The notes under the pieces were generated by a model. That model had not been told where the DNA came from. It did not search any database and saw only the letters and a list, made by a program, of their open reading frames with translations. The translations under genes were made by a program, and so were the position numbers. Of a stretch of 64,000 nucleotides of DNA, positions 38,203 to 47,000 are shown piece by piece. Origin of the DNA: Candidatus Omnitrophota bacterium. GTDB taxonomy: Bacteria; Omnitrophota; Gorgyraeia; Gygaellales; Profunditerraquicolaceae. The stretch covers positions 383 to 64,382 of the forward strand of contig JAHJCJ010000067.1 of assembly GCA_018812825.1 (NCBI GenBank), written 5' to 3'. The first letter of the stretch is position 1; each line of letters opens with the position of its first letter.

Positions 38203-38280
38203 GGCCCCATCGTCTAGCCTGGTCCAGGACGTCAGGTTCTCAGCCTGTAAACACCGGTTCAAATCCGGTTGGGGCTACCA
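38203..38280 (+). tRNA. tRNA-Glu (anticodon CTC), CCA encoded
   Basis: Manual fold: acceptor GGCCCCA/TGGGGCT, anticodon stem TCAGG/CCTGT with loop TTCTCAG, T arm ACCGG-TTCAAAT-CCGGT, 3' ACCA; overall similar to bacterial tRNA-Glu. Confidence 0.8.
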
Positions 38281-38438
38281 TAGCGACGAACATATCTTGT
38301 ATAGGCGGTATTCTCTACCACAATAGGGAGTATCGCCCTTTTTATTGTTTCCCACCTTTTCCCATCCAAATAGCCTGTGAATACTAAATGAATACTAAAA
38401 ACTGGGTGTATTTTAATAACCAAAAATGGTAGGAAAAG

Positions 38439-38954
38439 ATGAAAAGATTAACTCCAGCCTGTAGATTAGTTTTATTTTCGCTTTGGCATAAGCGAGATTA
38501 CTTTAGCAGAAAATCCATGCTGGAGAAGGACGGTTCTTTCTATTATGACGATAAAAGATTGTCTGAGGAAACTGGATTATCTGGAAAGACGATACTCCGA
38601 GTTAGGCGGTTTCTGGTGGGGAATGGTTATATAATAGTAGAAATAGGACACTTTAAAGGCAAGGCAACTAAGTATTGGGTTTGTAAGAAGCCCGACAGAA
38701 AGTCTCCCTTTAGCCCTTTGTCAAAGGTAGACAATCAGTTCCCCAAAGCCCCCCAAAATGTCCCTATAAACAAAGTGAATAACAAAGATAATAACAATAG
38801 AGATTTAATTAAGGATAAACCTTTAGAAACATTTACTAAGGAAGGTGTAAGGTCTTTAGTTAATGTTCAAGGGGTTGAGTGGGTTAGGGGGCTTTTGCTT
38901 AGGAATGGAGTGGATGAGGCAGAGGTGGCTGGATTATTAACAAGCACAAATTAA
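38439..38954 (+). CDS. Hypothetical protein with a putative HTH ('RLSEETGLSGKTILRVRRFL'); island cargo
   Basis: ORF with RBS; HTH-like segment; first gene after tRNA-Glu. Confidence 0.3.
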   Translation: MKRLTPACRLVLFSLWHKRDYFSRKSMLEKDGSFYYDDKRLSEETGLSGKTILRVRRFLVGNGYIIVEIGHFKGKATKYWVCKKPDRKSPFSPLSKVDNQFPKAPQNVPINKVNNKDNNNRDLIKDKPLETFTKEGVRSLVNVQGVEWVRGLLLRNGVDEAEVAGLLTSTN

Positions 38955-38990
38955 GAAGAGTAGCTTAATGATTTAGTATATTCTGAGCTT

Positions 38991-39410
38991 ATGGGTAGAG
39001 ATAGATGGTCAAGAAGATATGCGGTAGAGGATTGTAGGGTAGTTAATATTACCAAGCTTAAACAAGAAGGATATCTTGAAGGTATTTCTGTGGTCCAGAG
39101 TGAGATTCTTCTTCAGTATTCTAGGGAGATAATGGTCAGTGAATATGAAGAATACGATTATCCTATTAAATTAGAGTCTACGCCTTGTTTCTTTGGAGGG
39201 CGTAGGTGGTGGTTCATATGCACTAAGAATCCAGATGGAGTTTACTGTGGTAATAGAGTTGGGAGGTTATATTTGCCTCCAAACGCCAGATATTATAGCT
39301 GCAGGCATTGTCATAACCTAACTTATACGAGCTGTAGGAAAAGCCACGATTTGGATAGCATATATAGGCTAATGACTAGATTTGGAGTTTATAAAAATAG
39401 GTACAAATAA
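38991..39410 (+). CDS. Hypothetical Cys-rich (zinc-ribbon-like) protein
   Basis: 'CFFGGRRWWFIC...YCGNRVGRLY...YSCRHCHNLTYTSC' contains CxxC/CxxH pairs. Confidence 0.3.
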   Translation: MGRDRWSRRYAVEDCRVVNITKLKQEGYLEGISVVQSEILLQYSREIMVSEYEEYDYPIKLESTPCFFGGRRWWFICTKNPDGVYCGNRVGRLYLPPNARYYSCRHCHNLTYTSCRKSHDLDSIYRLMTRFGVYKNRYK

Positions 39411-39700
39411 TCCTCCCGGGCAATTTAATGGGTTTTTACGAGGGGTTAAAGGATGGTAAACAAACGAACGTTTATTTATTTTTTGAACTCCCCCCTATGG
39501 GTATATAATATGTGGTAAAAGGAAGTAGCTATGAGCTGGAAAATGTTTGGGCAGATAGTATTGTTAATGACAATCGGTGCTTTAATTTTCATGCTTATGA
39601 AATATGTTATGATGCAGTGTCCGATAATGGGTAAAAGTATGAAATGTTCTATGCACACCGTCCAAAAGTAAAAGAACGGTTTAAGTAACCTACTATTATA

Positions 39701-39789
39701 ATCATTCTACATAAGGGCTGGACTTAACCGTTCAGCCCTTTTTCTTTGCTCACTAAATTGCTTACAATCTTGGGATTTGTGGTAAAATA
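39701..39789 (+). repeat. Island repeat copy 1: terminator hairpin (GGGCTGGAC-ttaacc-GTTCAGCCC + T-tract) followed by a conserved promoter-like segment
   Basis: Near-identical to the copy at 40905-40993; hairpin at 39715-39738, T-tract 39739-39747, then 'ctcactaaattgcttacaat...tgtggtaaaata' (extended -10 'TGgTAAAAT'). Confidence 0.7.
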
Positions 39790-39925
39790 TGATTTAGGAA
39801 TACTTCCGGTATAGCTTATTATTAGTATTGGATATTTTAGAAACAGTTTTTTAGGTTTTGGGTGAAAAAAGGGAGGCCAGACGAGGCTCAAGAGGATATT
39901 TTTAATAATTACAGCGCTGTTTCTT

Positions 39926-40594
39926 TTGGGAGCAGATTATTCAGAGGAAGGATTTTACGTGCGCAGAGTAAATATGATTAATTCGCAGATAAAGGCAAGG
40001 GGCGTAAGTGATGAGCGTGTACTCAAGGCAATGTTTAAAGTGGAAAGGCATTTGTTTGTTCCGCTTGCGCATAGGGACCTTTCTTATGAAGACGGCCCTC
40101 TGCCTATCGGTAAAGGCCAGACTATTTCTCAACCCTATATAGTTGCTTTGATGACAGAGCTATTGGAATTAAAAGAAGGGGAGAAGGTTCTGGAAATAGG
40201 AACAGGCTCAGGGTATCAAGCAGCAATTTTAGCAGAGTTAGCCAAAGAGGTTTATACTATAGAGTTACTTAAGCCGTTGGCGGAGCGCTCCCAGAAATTG
40301 CTTAAAGAATTAGGCTACGAAAACATTAAGGTTAAACATGGAGACGGTTTTTTAGGTTGGTCGGAATATGCTCCTTTTGATGCCATAATTGTTACTTGCG
40401 CTCCGGAAGAAATTCCTCCTGTTTTGTTTGAGCAATTAGCTGAAGGCGGGAGGCTGGTTATTCCTGTTGGTTCAGACTATCAGGAGTTGAGGCAAATTAA
40501 GAAAAAAGAAGGAAAAATTATATCCAAAGATATTATTTCGGTAAGATTTGTACCAATGTTAAGAGGCGAGGAAAGTAAAAAGCAATTTAAGTAA
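39926..40594 (+). CDS. pcm: Protein-L-isoaspartate O-methyltransferase
   Basis: 'GKGQTISQPYIVALMTELLELKEGEKVLEIGTGSGYQAAILAEL' is a classic PIMT motif I/II; the true start may be the internal 'MINSQ' (~39974). Confidence 0.85.
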   Translation: MGADYSEEGFYVRRVNMINSQIKARGVSDERVLKAMFKVERHLFVPLAHRDLSYEDGPLPIGKGQTISQPYIVALMTELLELKEGEKVLEIGTGSGYQAAILAELAKEVYTIELLKPLAERSQKLLKELGYENIKVKHGDGFLGWSEYAPFDAIIVTCAPEEIPPVLFEQLAEGGRLVIPVGSDYQELRQIKKKEGKIISKDIISVRFVPMLRGEESKKQFK

Positions 40595-40614
40595 CACTAT
40601 TCACTCTTCCGTAG

Positions 40615-40680
40615 TGGCTGGGCTTAACCGTTCAGCCTTTTAGTTTGTAATTTTAGGATTTGTGATAGAATATATTGTAG
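40615..40680 (+). repeat. Island repeat copy 2 (degenerate)
   Basis: 'tggctgggcttaaccgttcagcc ttttagtttg taattttaggatttgtgatagaatata' shares the hairpin loop/3' arm and the downstream -10-like segment with the other copies. Confidence 0.5.
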
Positions 40681-40904
40681 GTAGTAGGTTTGTATATGCT
40701 AAACTAAAAGAAGGGATTATGATAAAAAAAAATAATTATATGGGGGTTGATTCTGTTAGCAGCATATTTTTTTTACAAAAAATACATGGTTGATACATTG
40801 GAACCGTTCTTTGGAAGAATTCAAAGGGATAGAGGTAAGGTAGAGCTTTTTCAACAAAAAGTTCCAGACTACAAGGTTGAGGAATAAATAATCAGTAACA
40901 TCAT

Positions 40905-40993
40905 AATCATTCTACATAAGGGCTGGACTTAACCGTTCAGCCCTTTTTCTTTGCTCACTAAATTGCTTACAATTTTTGAATTTGTGGTAAAAT
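40905..40993 (+). repeat. Island repeat copy 3 (near-identical to copy 1, including the upstream 'atcattctacataa')
   Basis: Direct comparison with 39701-39789: same hairpin, T-tract and 'ctcactaaattgcttacaat' + 'ttgtggtaaaata'. Confidence 0.7.
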
Positions 40994-41040
40994 ACGATTA
41001 ATGGGTTTTTATTTGAGATAAAGCAAAAGGGGAAACAATA

Positions 41041-42324
41041 ATGAAGCTCCAAAGTCGTAGAATAATGCTGTTTGTCTTAATGGGGATATTATTTTTGGGT
41101 ATTCATTTTGTTTTTGCTGAAATAATTACTCTTAAATCAGGCGGGACTGTAGAAGGGGAGATTATTGAGAAGACGGATAAATACGTAAAAATATATTTAC
41201 ATGGAGTGAAGCTTAAGTATTTTATGGATGAGATTAAGGATATTGATGGGCAGAAGACTGTTTCTTCAGACAGTAATCATTTTCCTCCTATTAATGAATC
41301 CGCGTTATTTGAAGCTGTAAAGAATGTTGATATTCTCAAGGTTAAACAGCTTATTAGTGAAGGTGTAGATGTAAACGTAGTAAATTATTCTGGAGCTACT
41401 CCTTTGGTTTGGGCTATAAACGGATGCCATAAGGATATAGTTGAGCTATTACTTTCTAAGGGAGCAAAAGTCAACACTGTAGATTCTGGTGGTATGACAC
41501 CCCTAATGTGGGCGGCACATAGGTGCAATAGGGATATAATAGAATTACTTCTTTCTAAAGGTGCAGATGTTAAAATGAAGGATAAGAATGGTAAAACAGC
41601 TTGGATTTGGTCGGTAGTAAACCGGAATAAAGATGCTAAAGACGTAGTGGAATTTTTTCTTTCTAAAGACGTGGATGTTAATGCAAAAGACAATTCTGGC
41701 GGAACAGTTTTAATGTGGGCAGCTGGCATGGAAAATAAAGAAATCGTTGAGCTACTTCTTTCTAAAGGTGCAGATGTGAATGCAAGAAATAGCCAAGGTT
41801 TAACAGCGTCAATGTATGCTGGAAAGAATGGATTTAATGAAATAGCGGAGCTTCTTAGGTTAAAGGAAGAACAAGTGCAACCTACAAAAAACTCCGGTAA
41901 AGTTGATTATTATGAAACGCAAAAAACGGTTAAGGCAGATGTTTCTTATTTACCTCCTAGTGGTTGGCTGGAAGGCCGAAATGCTCACAATAGTCCAATT
42001 GTTTATTCTCCTGATGGGAAAGCAACCATATTAAATCTAGTAAGAGGACCAGCGAATATAATTACTTTCCAAAATTCCTTATTACTTTTTAGGCAGAAGG
42101 CAAAGCCAATTTCCGAAGAAAAAATTACCTTTTTAGGTAATCCGTGTTATGTTTTTACTAGCGAAGAAACAAATAGTCGCGGAGGCAAGGTAAAAACCAT
42201 GACATATATGTTTCTTGCAAAAAGTAAGCTCTATACGCTTGTTTATGGTGCTGTGCCAGATTACTTCGATACTGATTATCCATCTTTTAAGGATTTCTTA
42301 AATACTTATTGCATAATGGACTAA
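41041..42324 (+). CDS. Secreted ankyrin-repeat protein with an N-terminal 'LKSGGTVEGEIIEKTDKYVK' module
   Basis: Signal peptide; ~5 ANK repeats ('GATPLVWAINGCHKDIVELLLSKGAKVN', 'GMTPLMWAAHRCNRDIIELLLSKGADV', ...); its N-terminal 40 aa is ~50% identical to the N-terminus of the ORF at 1487. Confidence 0.7.
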   Translation: MKLQSRRIMLFVLMGILFLGIHFVFAEIITLKSGGTVEGEIIEKTDKYVKIYLHGVKLKYFMDEIKDIDGQKTVSSDSNHFPPINESALFEAVKNVDILKVKQLISEGVDVNVVNYSGATPLVWAINGCHKDIVELLLSKGAKVNTVDSGGMTPLMWAAHRCNRDIIELLLSKGADVKMKDKNGKTAWIWSVVNRNKDAKDVVEFFLSKDVDVNAKDNSGGTVLMWAAGMENKEIVELLLSKGADVNARNSQGLTASMYAGKNGFNEIAELLRLKEEQVQPTKNSGKVDYYETQKTVKADVSYLPPSGWLEGRNAHNSPIVYSPDGKATILNLVRGPANIITFQNSLLLFRQKAKPISEEKITFLGNPCYVFTSEETNSRGGKVKTMTYMFLAKSKLYTLVYGAVPDYFDTDYPSFKDFLNTYCIMD

Positions 42325-42354
42325 TAGACGCTTTGTCTATAGCCATTATTAAAA

Positions 42355-42412
42355 GAGCTGGACTTAACCGTTCAGCCCTTTTTCTTTGCTCACTAAATTG
42401 CTTGCGATTTTG
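42355..42412 (+). repeat. Island repeat copy 4
   Basis: 'agctggacttaaccgttcagccctttttctttgctcactaaattgcttgcgatttt' is the same hairpin + T-tract + conserved tail. Confidence 0.65.
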
Positions 42413-42616
42413 AAAGAGAGTGGCATAATTAAAAAAAGGAGAAAAAAGTTGAGTAAGAAGGATATTTTAAACATGAAAAGGTAAGTGTTCTTGCCTCTCT
42501 GAATTAATTTTCTGCATTCGGAAATATGATATCTTACGATTTGGTGTTCTTGTACAATTACCTAAGCCATGTTATAATTTTAGAATGGTTTAGATCTCAT
42601 AACGAGAGAGGAAACA

Positions 42617-43249
42617 ATGGGATTAATATCGCTTTTATTTAGTAACCCGGCCATTTTTGTCATTCTGGCTATTATACTTCTTTATTCTGTTATCCTACAT
42701 GAAGTTGCTCATGGTTGGGTGGCGCATCTTTTTGGCGATGATACGGCTATTCTTTCCGGTAGGCTTACCCTTAATCCTGTATCACACCTTGATCCCATAG
42801 GCACACTCATGCTTTTCCTGGTAGGGTTTGGTTGGGCAAGGCCGGTGCCGGTAAATTACTCTAGTTTTAGTAATACTCGTTTTGGGTTATTCTGCGTTGC
42901 CTTGGCAGGATGTTTAACGAATATACTTATAGCAACAACAACATTAATCATATTACAGTTTGGGGTTGTTAATACCAACTCACTGCTTTTCTCTATTTTG
43001 CCCATTGTTATAAAAATAAATATTATCTTGGGTGCCTTTAATCTGATCCCGATTCCTCCGCTTGATGGTTCAAAAATCTTAATGAGTTTTCTTCCTTATA
43101 AAGCGCAAGAAAGCTTAGGGAGTATAGAGCCTTATGGGTTTTTTATATTAGTTTTTCTGCTATTCACGGGGTTATTGAATCCCGTGATAATTTTTATGCA
43201 GAATTTAATATATGGTTTGATAGGTTTTTTATTTAGTTTCTTCAGATGA
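42617..43249 (+). CDS. Site-2-protease-family (peptidase M50-like) membrane metalloprotease
   Basis: HExxH inside a TM helix ('ILHEVAHGWVAH') and 'GRLTLNPVSHLDPIGT' typical of the short S2P-like family. Confidence 0.65.
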   Translation: MGLISLLFSNPAIFVILAIILLYSVILHEVAHGWVAHLFGDDTAILSGRLTLNPVSHLDPIGTLMLFLVGFGWARPVPVNYSSFSNTRFGLFCVALAGCLTNILIATTTLIILQFGVVNTNSLLFSILPIVIKINIILGAFNLIPIPPLDGSKILMSFLPYKAQESLGSIEPYGFFILVFLLFTGLLNPVIIFMQNLIYGLIGFLFSFFR

Positions 43250-43294
43250 ACAACAAATTATGAATATTTTAACATTCTCAATCCTTAAAAGATC

Positions 43295-44107
43295 ATGCTA
43301 ATGATTCTAAAAATCAGTATAGTTTCATTATTAATTATTGGTTCTTTACTTTTATTCTTGAGATACATCGAAACACACACCCTTTTCTTTCCCACAAAAG
43401 AAATAGCCTCTTTTCCTGACCGAGCTAATCTTAAGTTCCAAGATGTTTCCTTTAAGGCAACCGATGGTGTGAAATTGAATGGGTGGCTTATTCTGTCCAA
43501 AGATTCAGAATACACAATCCTTTTTTGTCACGGCAATGCAGGTAATATTACTCATCGTATAGAGAAATTAAAATTTTTCAATGACTTTGGGTTTAGTGTT
43601 TTTATATTTGATTATCGGGGCTATGGTAAAAGTCAGGGAAAACCATCGGAAAAAGGTTTCTACAGAGACGCCAAAGCTGCCTACGAATATTTGCTGTCCC
43701 GAGGCGTAAATGGTAACCAAATTATAGGCTATGGTGAATCTATAGGAGGGGCAGTCATTGTTGATTTAGCTTCGAGAGAAGGATTAAAAGCAATAATATT
43801 AGATAGTACCTTAACTAGTGTAAAAGATATGATAAAATTCGCCTATCCATTTATTCCTTATTGGGTATTTTCTAGTCGGTTTGATTCAGAAACTAAGATA
43901 AAGTCGGTTAAAATTCCTAAGTTAATTATACATAGCCTAAATGATGAAATTGTTCCTTTCCAATTAGGCAAGAAACTCTATGAAGTTTCTCCTGAGCCAA
44001 AAGATTTTTTACAGATTCAAGGAGGACATAATAGCAATTTCTATGAATCTGAGGGGCTCTTAAGAAAGAAAATAGGGTTTTTTATTGAAAGTCTAAAAGA
44101 ATCTTAA
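43295..44107 (+). CDS. Alpha/beta-hydrolase-fold protein
   Basis: 'ILFCHGNAGNITHR', nucleophile elbow 'GESIGG', and a C-terminal 'HSLNDEIVPF...GGHN' (Ser-Asp-His arrangement). Confidence 0.7.
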   Translation: MLMILKISIVSLLIIGSLLLFLRYIETHTLFFPTKEIASFPDRANLKFQDVSFKATDGVKLNGWLILSKDSEYTILFCHGNAGNITHRIEKLKFFNDFGFSVFIFDYRGYGKSQGKPSEKGFYRDAKAAYEYLLSRGVNGNQIIGYGESIGGAVIVDLASREGLKAIILDSTLTSVKDMIKFAYPFIPYWVFSSRFDSETKIKSVKIPKLIIHSLNDEIVPFQLGKKLYEVSPEPKDFLQIQGGHNSNFYESEGLLRKKIGFFIESLKES

Positions 44108-44119
44108 GTTTAAAGGGTG

Positions 44120-44162
44120 AGAAGGCTGGACTTAACCGTCTGGCCCTTTTTCTTTGTAAAAT
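44120..44162 (+). repeat. Island repeat copy 5 (hairpin with compensatory changes GGCTGGAC/GTCTGGCC + T-tract)
   Basis: 'aaggctggacttaaccgtctggccctttttctttg'; base pairing is preserved through G-U pairs. Confidence 0.55.
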
Positions 44163-44484
44163 AGCTTGTTAGATTTTGTTACCTTTTGCGACTATTGTAG
44201 TAGGAGGTAAGAGATATGGCTATTTGCCCAGATGAAAACGATATGGCTTGCTACATTGACGGACTGTTACCTGATGATGAGGTTAGACAGATAGAGAGGC
44301 ATTTGCTTGACTGTGATAGGTGTCGGGAAATAGTAGATGTGACCAAGAAGGTTGTTGTTTGGGTTAAGGGTTAGGGGTATAATCTTATCAATACCACAAA
44401 GGAGTAGTAATGGGGTTTAAGAAGTTAAATCTAAGGGCAATTCTTTAAAAAGGGAGTTGCCTTTTATTAAAAAAGGAGGCTTTA

Positions 44485-44793
44485 ATGTTTTGTCAAAAAT
44501 GCGGAGCAAAAATAAACGATGAAGCTGTTATCTGTGTCAAGTGTGGTTGTGCAGTATCTGGAAAATCAATTAGCGGAGTGCAAAAAGATGGTAAAAATTG
44601 GTTAGTGACACTATTGCTTTCCCTTTTTCTTGGATATTGGGGTTTTGACAGATTCTATCTTGGTTACATAGGATTAGGAATATTGAAGTTATGCACTTTT
44701 GGAGGTTGTGGTATATGGTGGCTGATAGATTTGATTTTAATCATAACAAATAGTATGGTAGATTCAGATGGCAAACCGCTTAATAAGACATAA
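44485..44793 (+). CDS. Zinc-ribbon + TM2-domain membrane protein
   Basis: 'CQKCGAKI...CVKCGCAV' then the TM2-domain pattern 'KNWLVTLLLSLFLGYWGFDRFYLGY...GGCGIWWLIDLILI'. Confidence 0.6.
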   Translation: MFCQKCGAKINDEAVICVKCGCAVSGKSISGVQKDGKNWLVTLLLSLFLGYWGFDRFYLGYIGLGILKLCTFGGCGIWWLIDLILIITNSMVDSDGKPLNKT

Positions 44794-45064
44794 ATTAAGC
44801 AACTTTATATTACCATTCATATCTTTAAGAAGCCCAGAAGGAATAACTGCCGTATTTGGGATTGCGATACTAATATTATTCTTTTTAAATCCAGGGCACA
44901 TTAATCTACCAGATTTATGCCTCATTAAAAAGATTTTCGGGTATTGTCCAGCCTGTGGCACAACAAGGGCTCTGGCGTGTTTCTTCAAGGGGGAATTTAT
45001 AGAAAGTATAAAATATAATTTCAATGTTATATTAACTGCACCTTTGATTACCCTTCTTTTTTAA
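44768..45064 (+). CDS. DUF2752-like membrane protein
   Basis: 'GYCPACGTTRAL' is the CPxCGxTR motif of DUF2752; two TM segments. Confidence 0.45.
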   Translation: MANRLIRHKLSNFILPFISLRSPEGITAVFGIAILILFFLNPGHINLPDLCLIKKIFGYCPACGTTRALACFFKGEFIESIKYNFNVILTAPLITLLF

Positions 45065-45438
45065 GAAATCTTATTAAAGTAACAATAAAATACGGATTTT
45101 TTCAGAGAGCAGGGTAATAGAAGCATTGTGGAAACGAATCGTTAGTAAGAGGGTCAGGTCACCTATTTCCCTTAGTCAACTTTCAGGAAGAGGGAAAGTT
45201 TTGAAAGGCAAAATAAGGCCTAAGGAGATATTTCTTAAAAACAGGCGAAAGAACACAAATCACTGCTGAAAGCACCACCCAACACGTCCAGGATGACCAT
45301 AACTTCCTGCCAGTGAAGCTTCTCAAACTCTTTCAAAATTACGTTGACGACTTAGTATTGTTATAGTAATCTATCAATGAGAATTTAGTTCTATAAAAAC
45401 AACTTGCGTTTTGGGTTTGCTCCTTGTGAAGGTTATTA

Positions 45439-45622
45439 GGTCATCAACCGAGTCCTGCGGTTTATCTGCGGGGCCGTTGGGGCTAAAATTAACCGGTTCT
45501 CCCACCTAGGTCTAAAACATGTGGCGGGACTACGCCGTTTAGCAGAAAAAGAATCGGCTTGAAATCCGGTTGGGGCTATTAGGTCATCAACCAGGTCTTG
45601 CGCGCAGCCGTAGAGATTATAC
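45439..45622 (+). repeat. att-like direct repeats: two copies of 'GTTGGGGCTA' (the tRNA-Glu 3' end; the second extends to 'GAAATCCGGTTGGGGCTA') interleaved with two copies of 'TTAGGTCATCAACCRAGTCYTGCG'
   Basis: 17-18 nt identity to the T-loop-to-3'-end of tRNA-Glu (38260-38277); arrangement A-B-~95nt-B-A' in a gene-free 0.7-kb region. Confidence 0.5.
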
Positions 45623-45794
45623 TTGCTCGTTTACACTCGCAAGTATTTTGTCAGATAAAAACTTAAGGTGTTTAATTCGGGCATACGATTTATGTTCATT
45701 GCTGCGCTCATTCCATAAATTGTGGCTTCATTAAATTTTGCTTGCATTTTATAGAGCTTTATAATAGAATTTAAATATTAATAGGGAGGGATGA

Positions 45795-46037
45795 ATGCGT
45801 AAACATTTAGGTTTCTTAAAGGTTTCCAGCGCAGTGGTTAAGGTAGCTGCCTGGATTTTTTTATTTCTGGGGATTTTAGGTGGAGTTTCTTTGCTTTTAG
45901 GCTCAGTGCCGGGTAACCCCCGTTGGATGGGGGCTATTATCTTAGCTTTTTATGTTTTTGTTTTTTTCTTTTTATTTCTTACTGCAAAAATAGCCGATCT
46001 TTTGGTTAAGGTTATCAACGAGATCAAGGCGGAGTAA
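45795..46037 (+). CDS. Small membrane protein (two TM helices)
   Basis: RBS 'agggaggg' upstream; hydrophobic helices 'VAAWIFLFLGILGGVSLLLG' and 'IILAFYVFVFFFLFL'. Confidence 0.3.
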   Translation: MRKHLGFLKVSSAVVKVAAWIFLFLGILGGVSLLLGSVPGNPRWMGAIILAFYVFVFFFLFLTAKIADLLVKVINEIKAE

Positions 46038-46076
46038 TAAGGAAGCCAGGATTTTAAGTTTGAATGTTAAAGGAGG

Positions 46077-47000
46077 TTGAATATGAAGCGTAATTTTATC
46101 TTCTGTGTTATCCTGGGTTTAATTTTTATAGGAGCCTTGGGGTGTGATAAAATAAAAATCCCTGTTTCTAAAAAAACAGAGGTAGCGGAAGTAAAAGCCG
46201 TGCCGGTGATCCCTCAAGTTAAAGGCGTAGTTATCGCTAAGGTAAATAATATTCCCATTGGTTTGGATGATTTTAACCAGGAGGTTGAAATTTATAATGC
46301 CAATGTTCCAGAAGACAGGCCTGAATTAAAAATTACCACCAGGGAACAGAAGATCAATTACCTAAAAAATGAAGTAGTACGCAGAACCTTGCTTTATCAG
46401 AATGCTCTGGATAAAGGTTTGGACCGAAATGAAGATGTTCTAATGGCGTTAGATAAAACTAAGATGCAGCTTTTAGTTATGGAATTAATTAAGCAGGTTT
46501 CGCAGAAGGTCGATGTTTCTTCTAAAGAGATCGAAGATTATTATAATACATACAAGGAGCAGTTAAAGGAACCAGAAGAGCGTCAGATTAGAGAGATAGT
46601 TTCTTCAAGCGAGCAGGAAGCTAGGGATATATTAATCCAGCTTTTACAAGGAGCGGATTTTGCTACTTTAGCTAGGACTAATTCTAAATCCTCTAGCGCT
46701 AAAGATGGAGGGGATTTGGGGTTTGTTAAGCTAGGCGTAAAATCTTCGCAGTTTAATTCTGTGGCTTTTTCTGATTCTCTAGAAGCTGGTAAGATAAGCA
46801 GTATATTCAAAACTCCCGACGGCTACAGCATAATTAAATTGGAAGGCAAACGCGGAGGTAAGCAAAAGCCGTTATCTGAGATGTGGGATGATATTAAGAC
46901 AGGGCTTGTTTATCTAAAACGGCAGCAGGTTATTGACGAGCTGATCGGAAAACTTTCCCGCGACGCAAAAATAGATATTTATGAAGGAGAGATAAAATAA
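46077..47000 (+). CDS. Secreted parvulin-type peptidyl-prolyl isomerase (PrsA/SurA-like)
   Basis: Signal peptide/lipobox-like 'GALGC'; PpiC domain 'ARTNSKSSSAKDGGDLGFVKLG...FKTPDGYSIIKLEGKR'. Confidence 0.6.
   Translation: MNMKRNFIFCVILGLIFIGALGCDKIKIPVSKKTEVAEVKAVPVIPQVKGVVIAKVNNIPIGLDDFNQEVEIYNANVPEDRPELKITTREQKINYLKNEVVRRTLLYQNALDKGLDRNEDVLMALDKTKMQLLVMELIKQVSQKVDVSSKEIEDYYNTYKEQLKEPEERQIREIVSSSEQEARDILIQLLQGADFATLARTNSKSSSAKDGGDLGFVKLGVKSSQFNSVAFSDSLEAGKISSIFKTPDGYSIIKLEGKRGGKQKPLSEMWDDIKTGLVYLKRQQVIDELIGKLSRDAKIDIYEGEIK

Noticed and set aside
38190-38387. Track ORF (65 aa) overlapping tRNA-Glu
   Set aside because: Same situation: the ORF reads straight through the tRNA-Glu sequence, so the tRNA call is preferred.
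39701-44162. CRISPR array hypothesis for the five repeated hairpin elements
   Set aside because: Repeats are ~90 nt (not 24-48), spaced 0.3-1.7 kb apart with whole protein-coding genes between them. They carry terminator T-tracts, and no cas genes are present.
45400-45640. Possible tmRNA (ssrA) because of the tRNA-like 3' end 'GAAATCCGGTTGGGGCTA' and an upstream 'GACTACGCCGTTTAG' resembling the end of a tag ORF (..DYAV*)
   Set aside because: The tRNA-like part is only the last ~18 nt and is identical to the tRNA-Glu 3' end. There is no G-rich 5' acceptor partner and no CCA, and the segment is embedded in direct repeats. A duplicated att-site fragment is the better reading.
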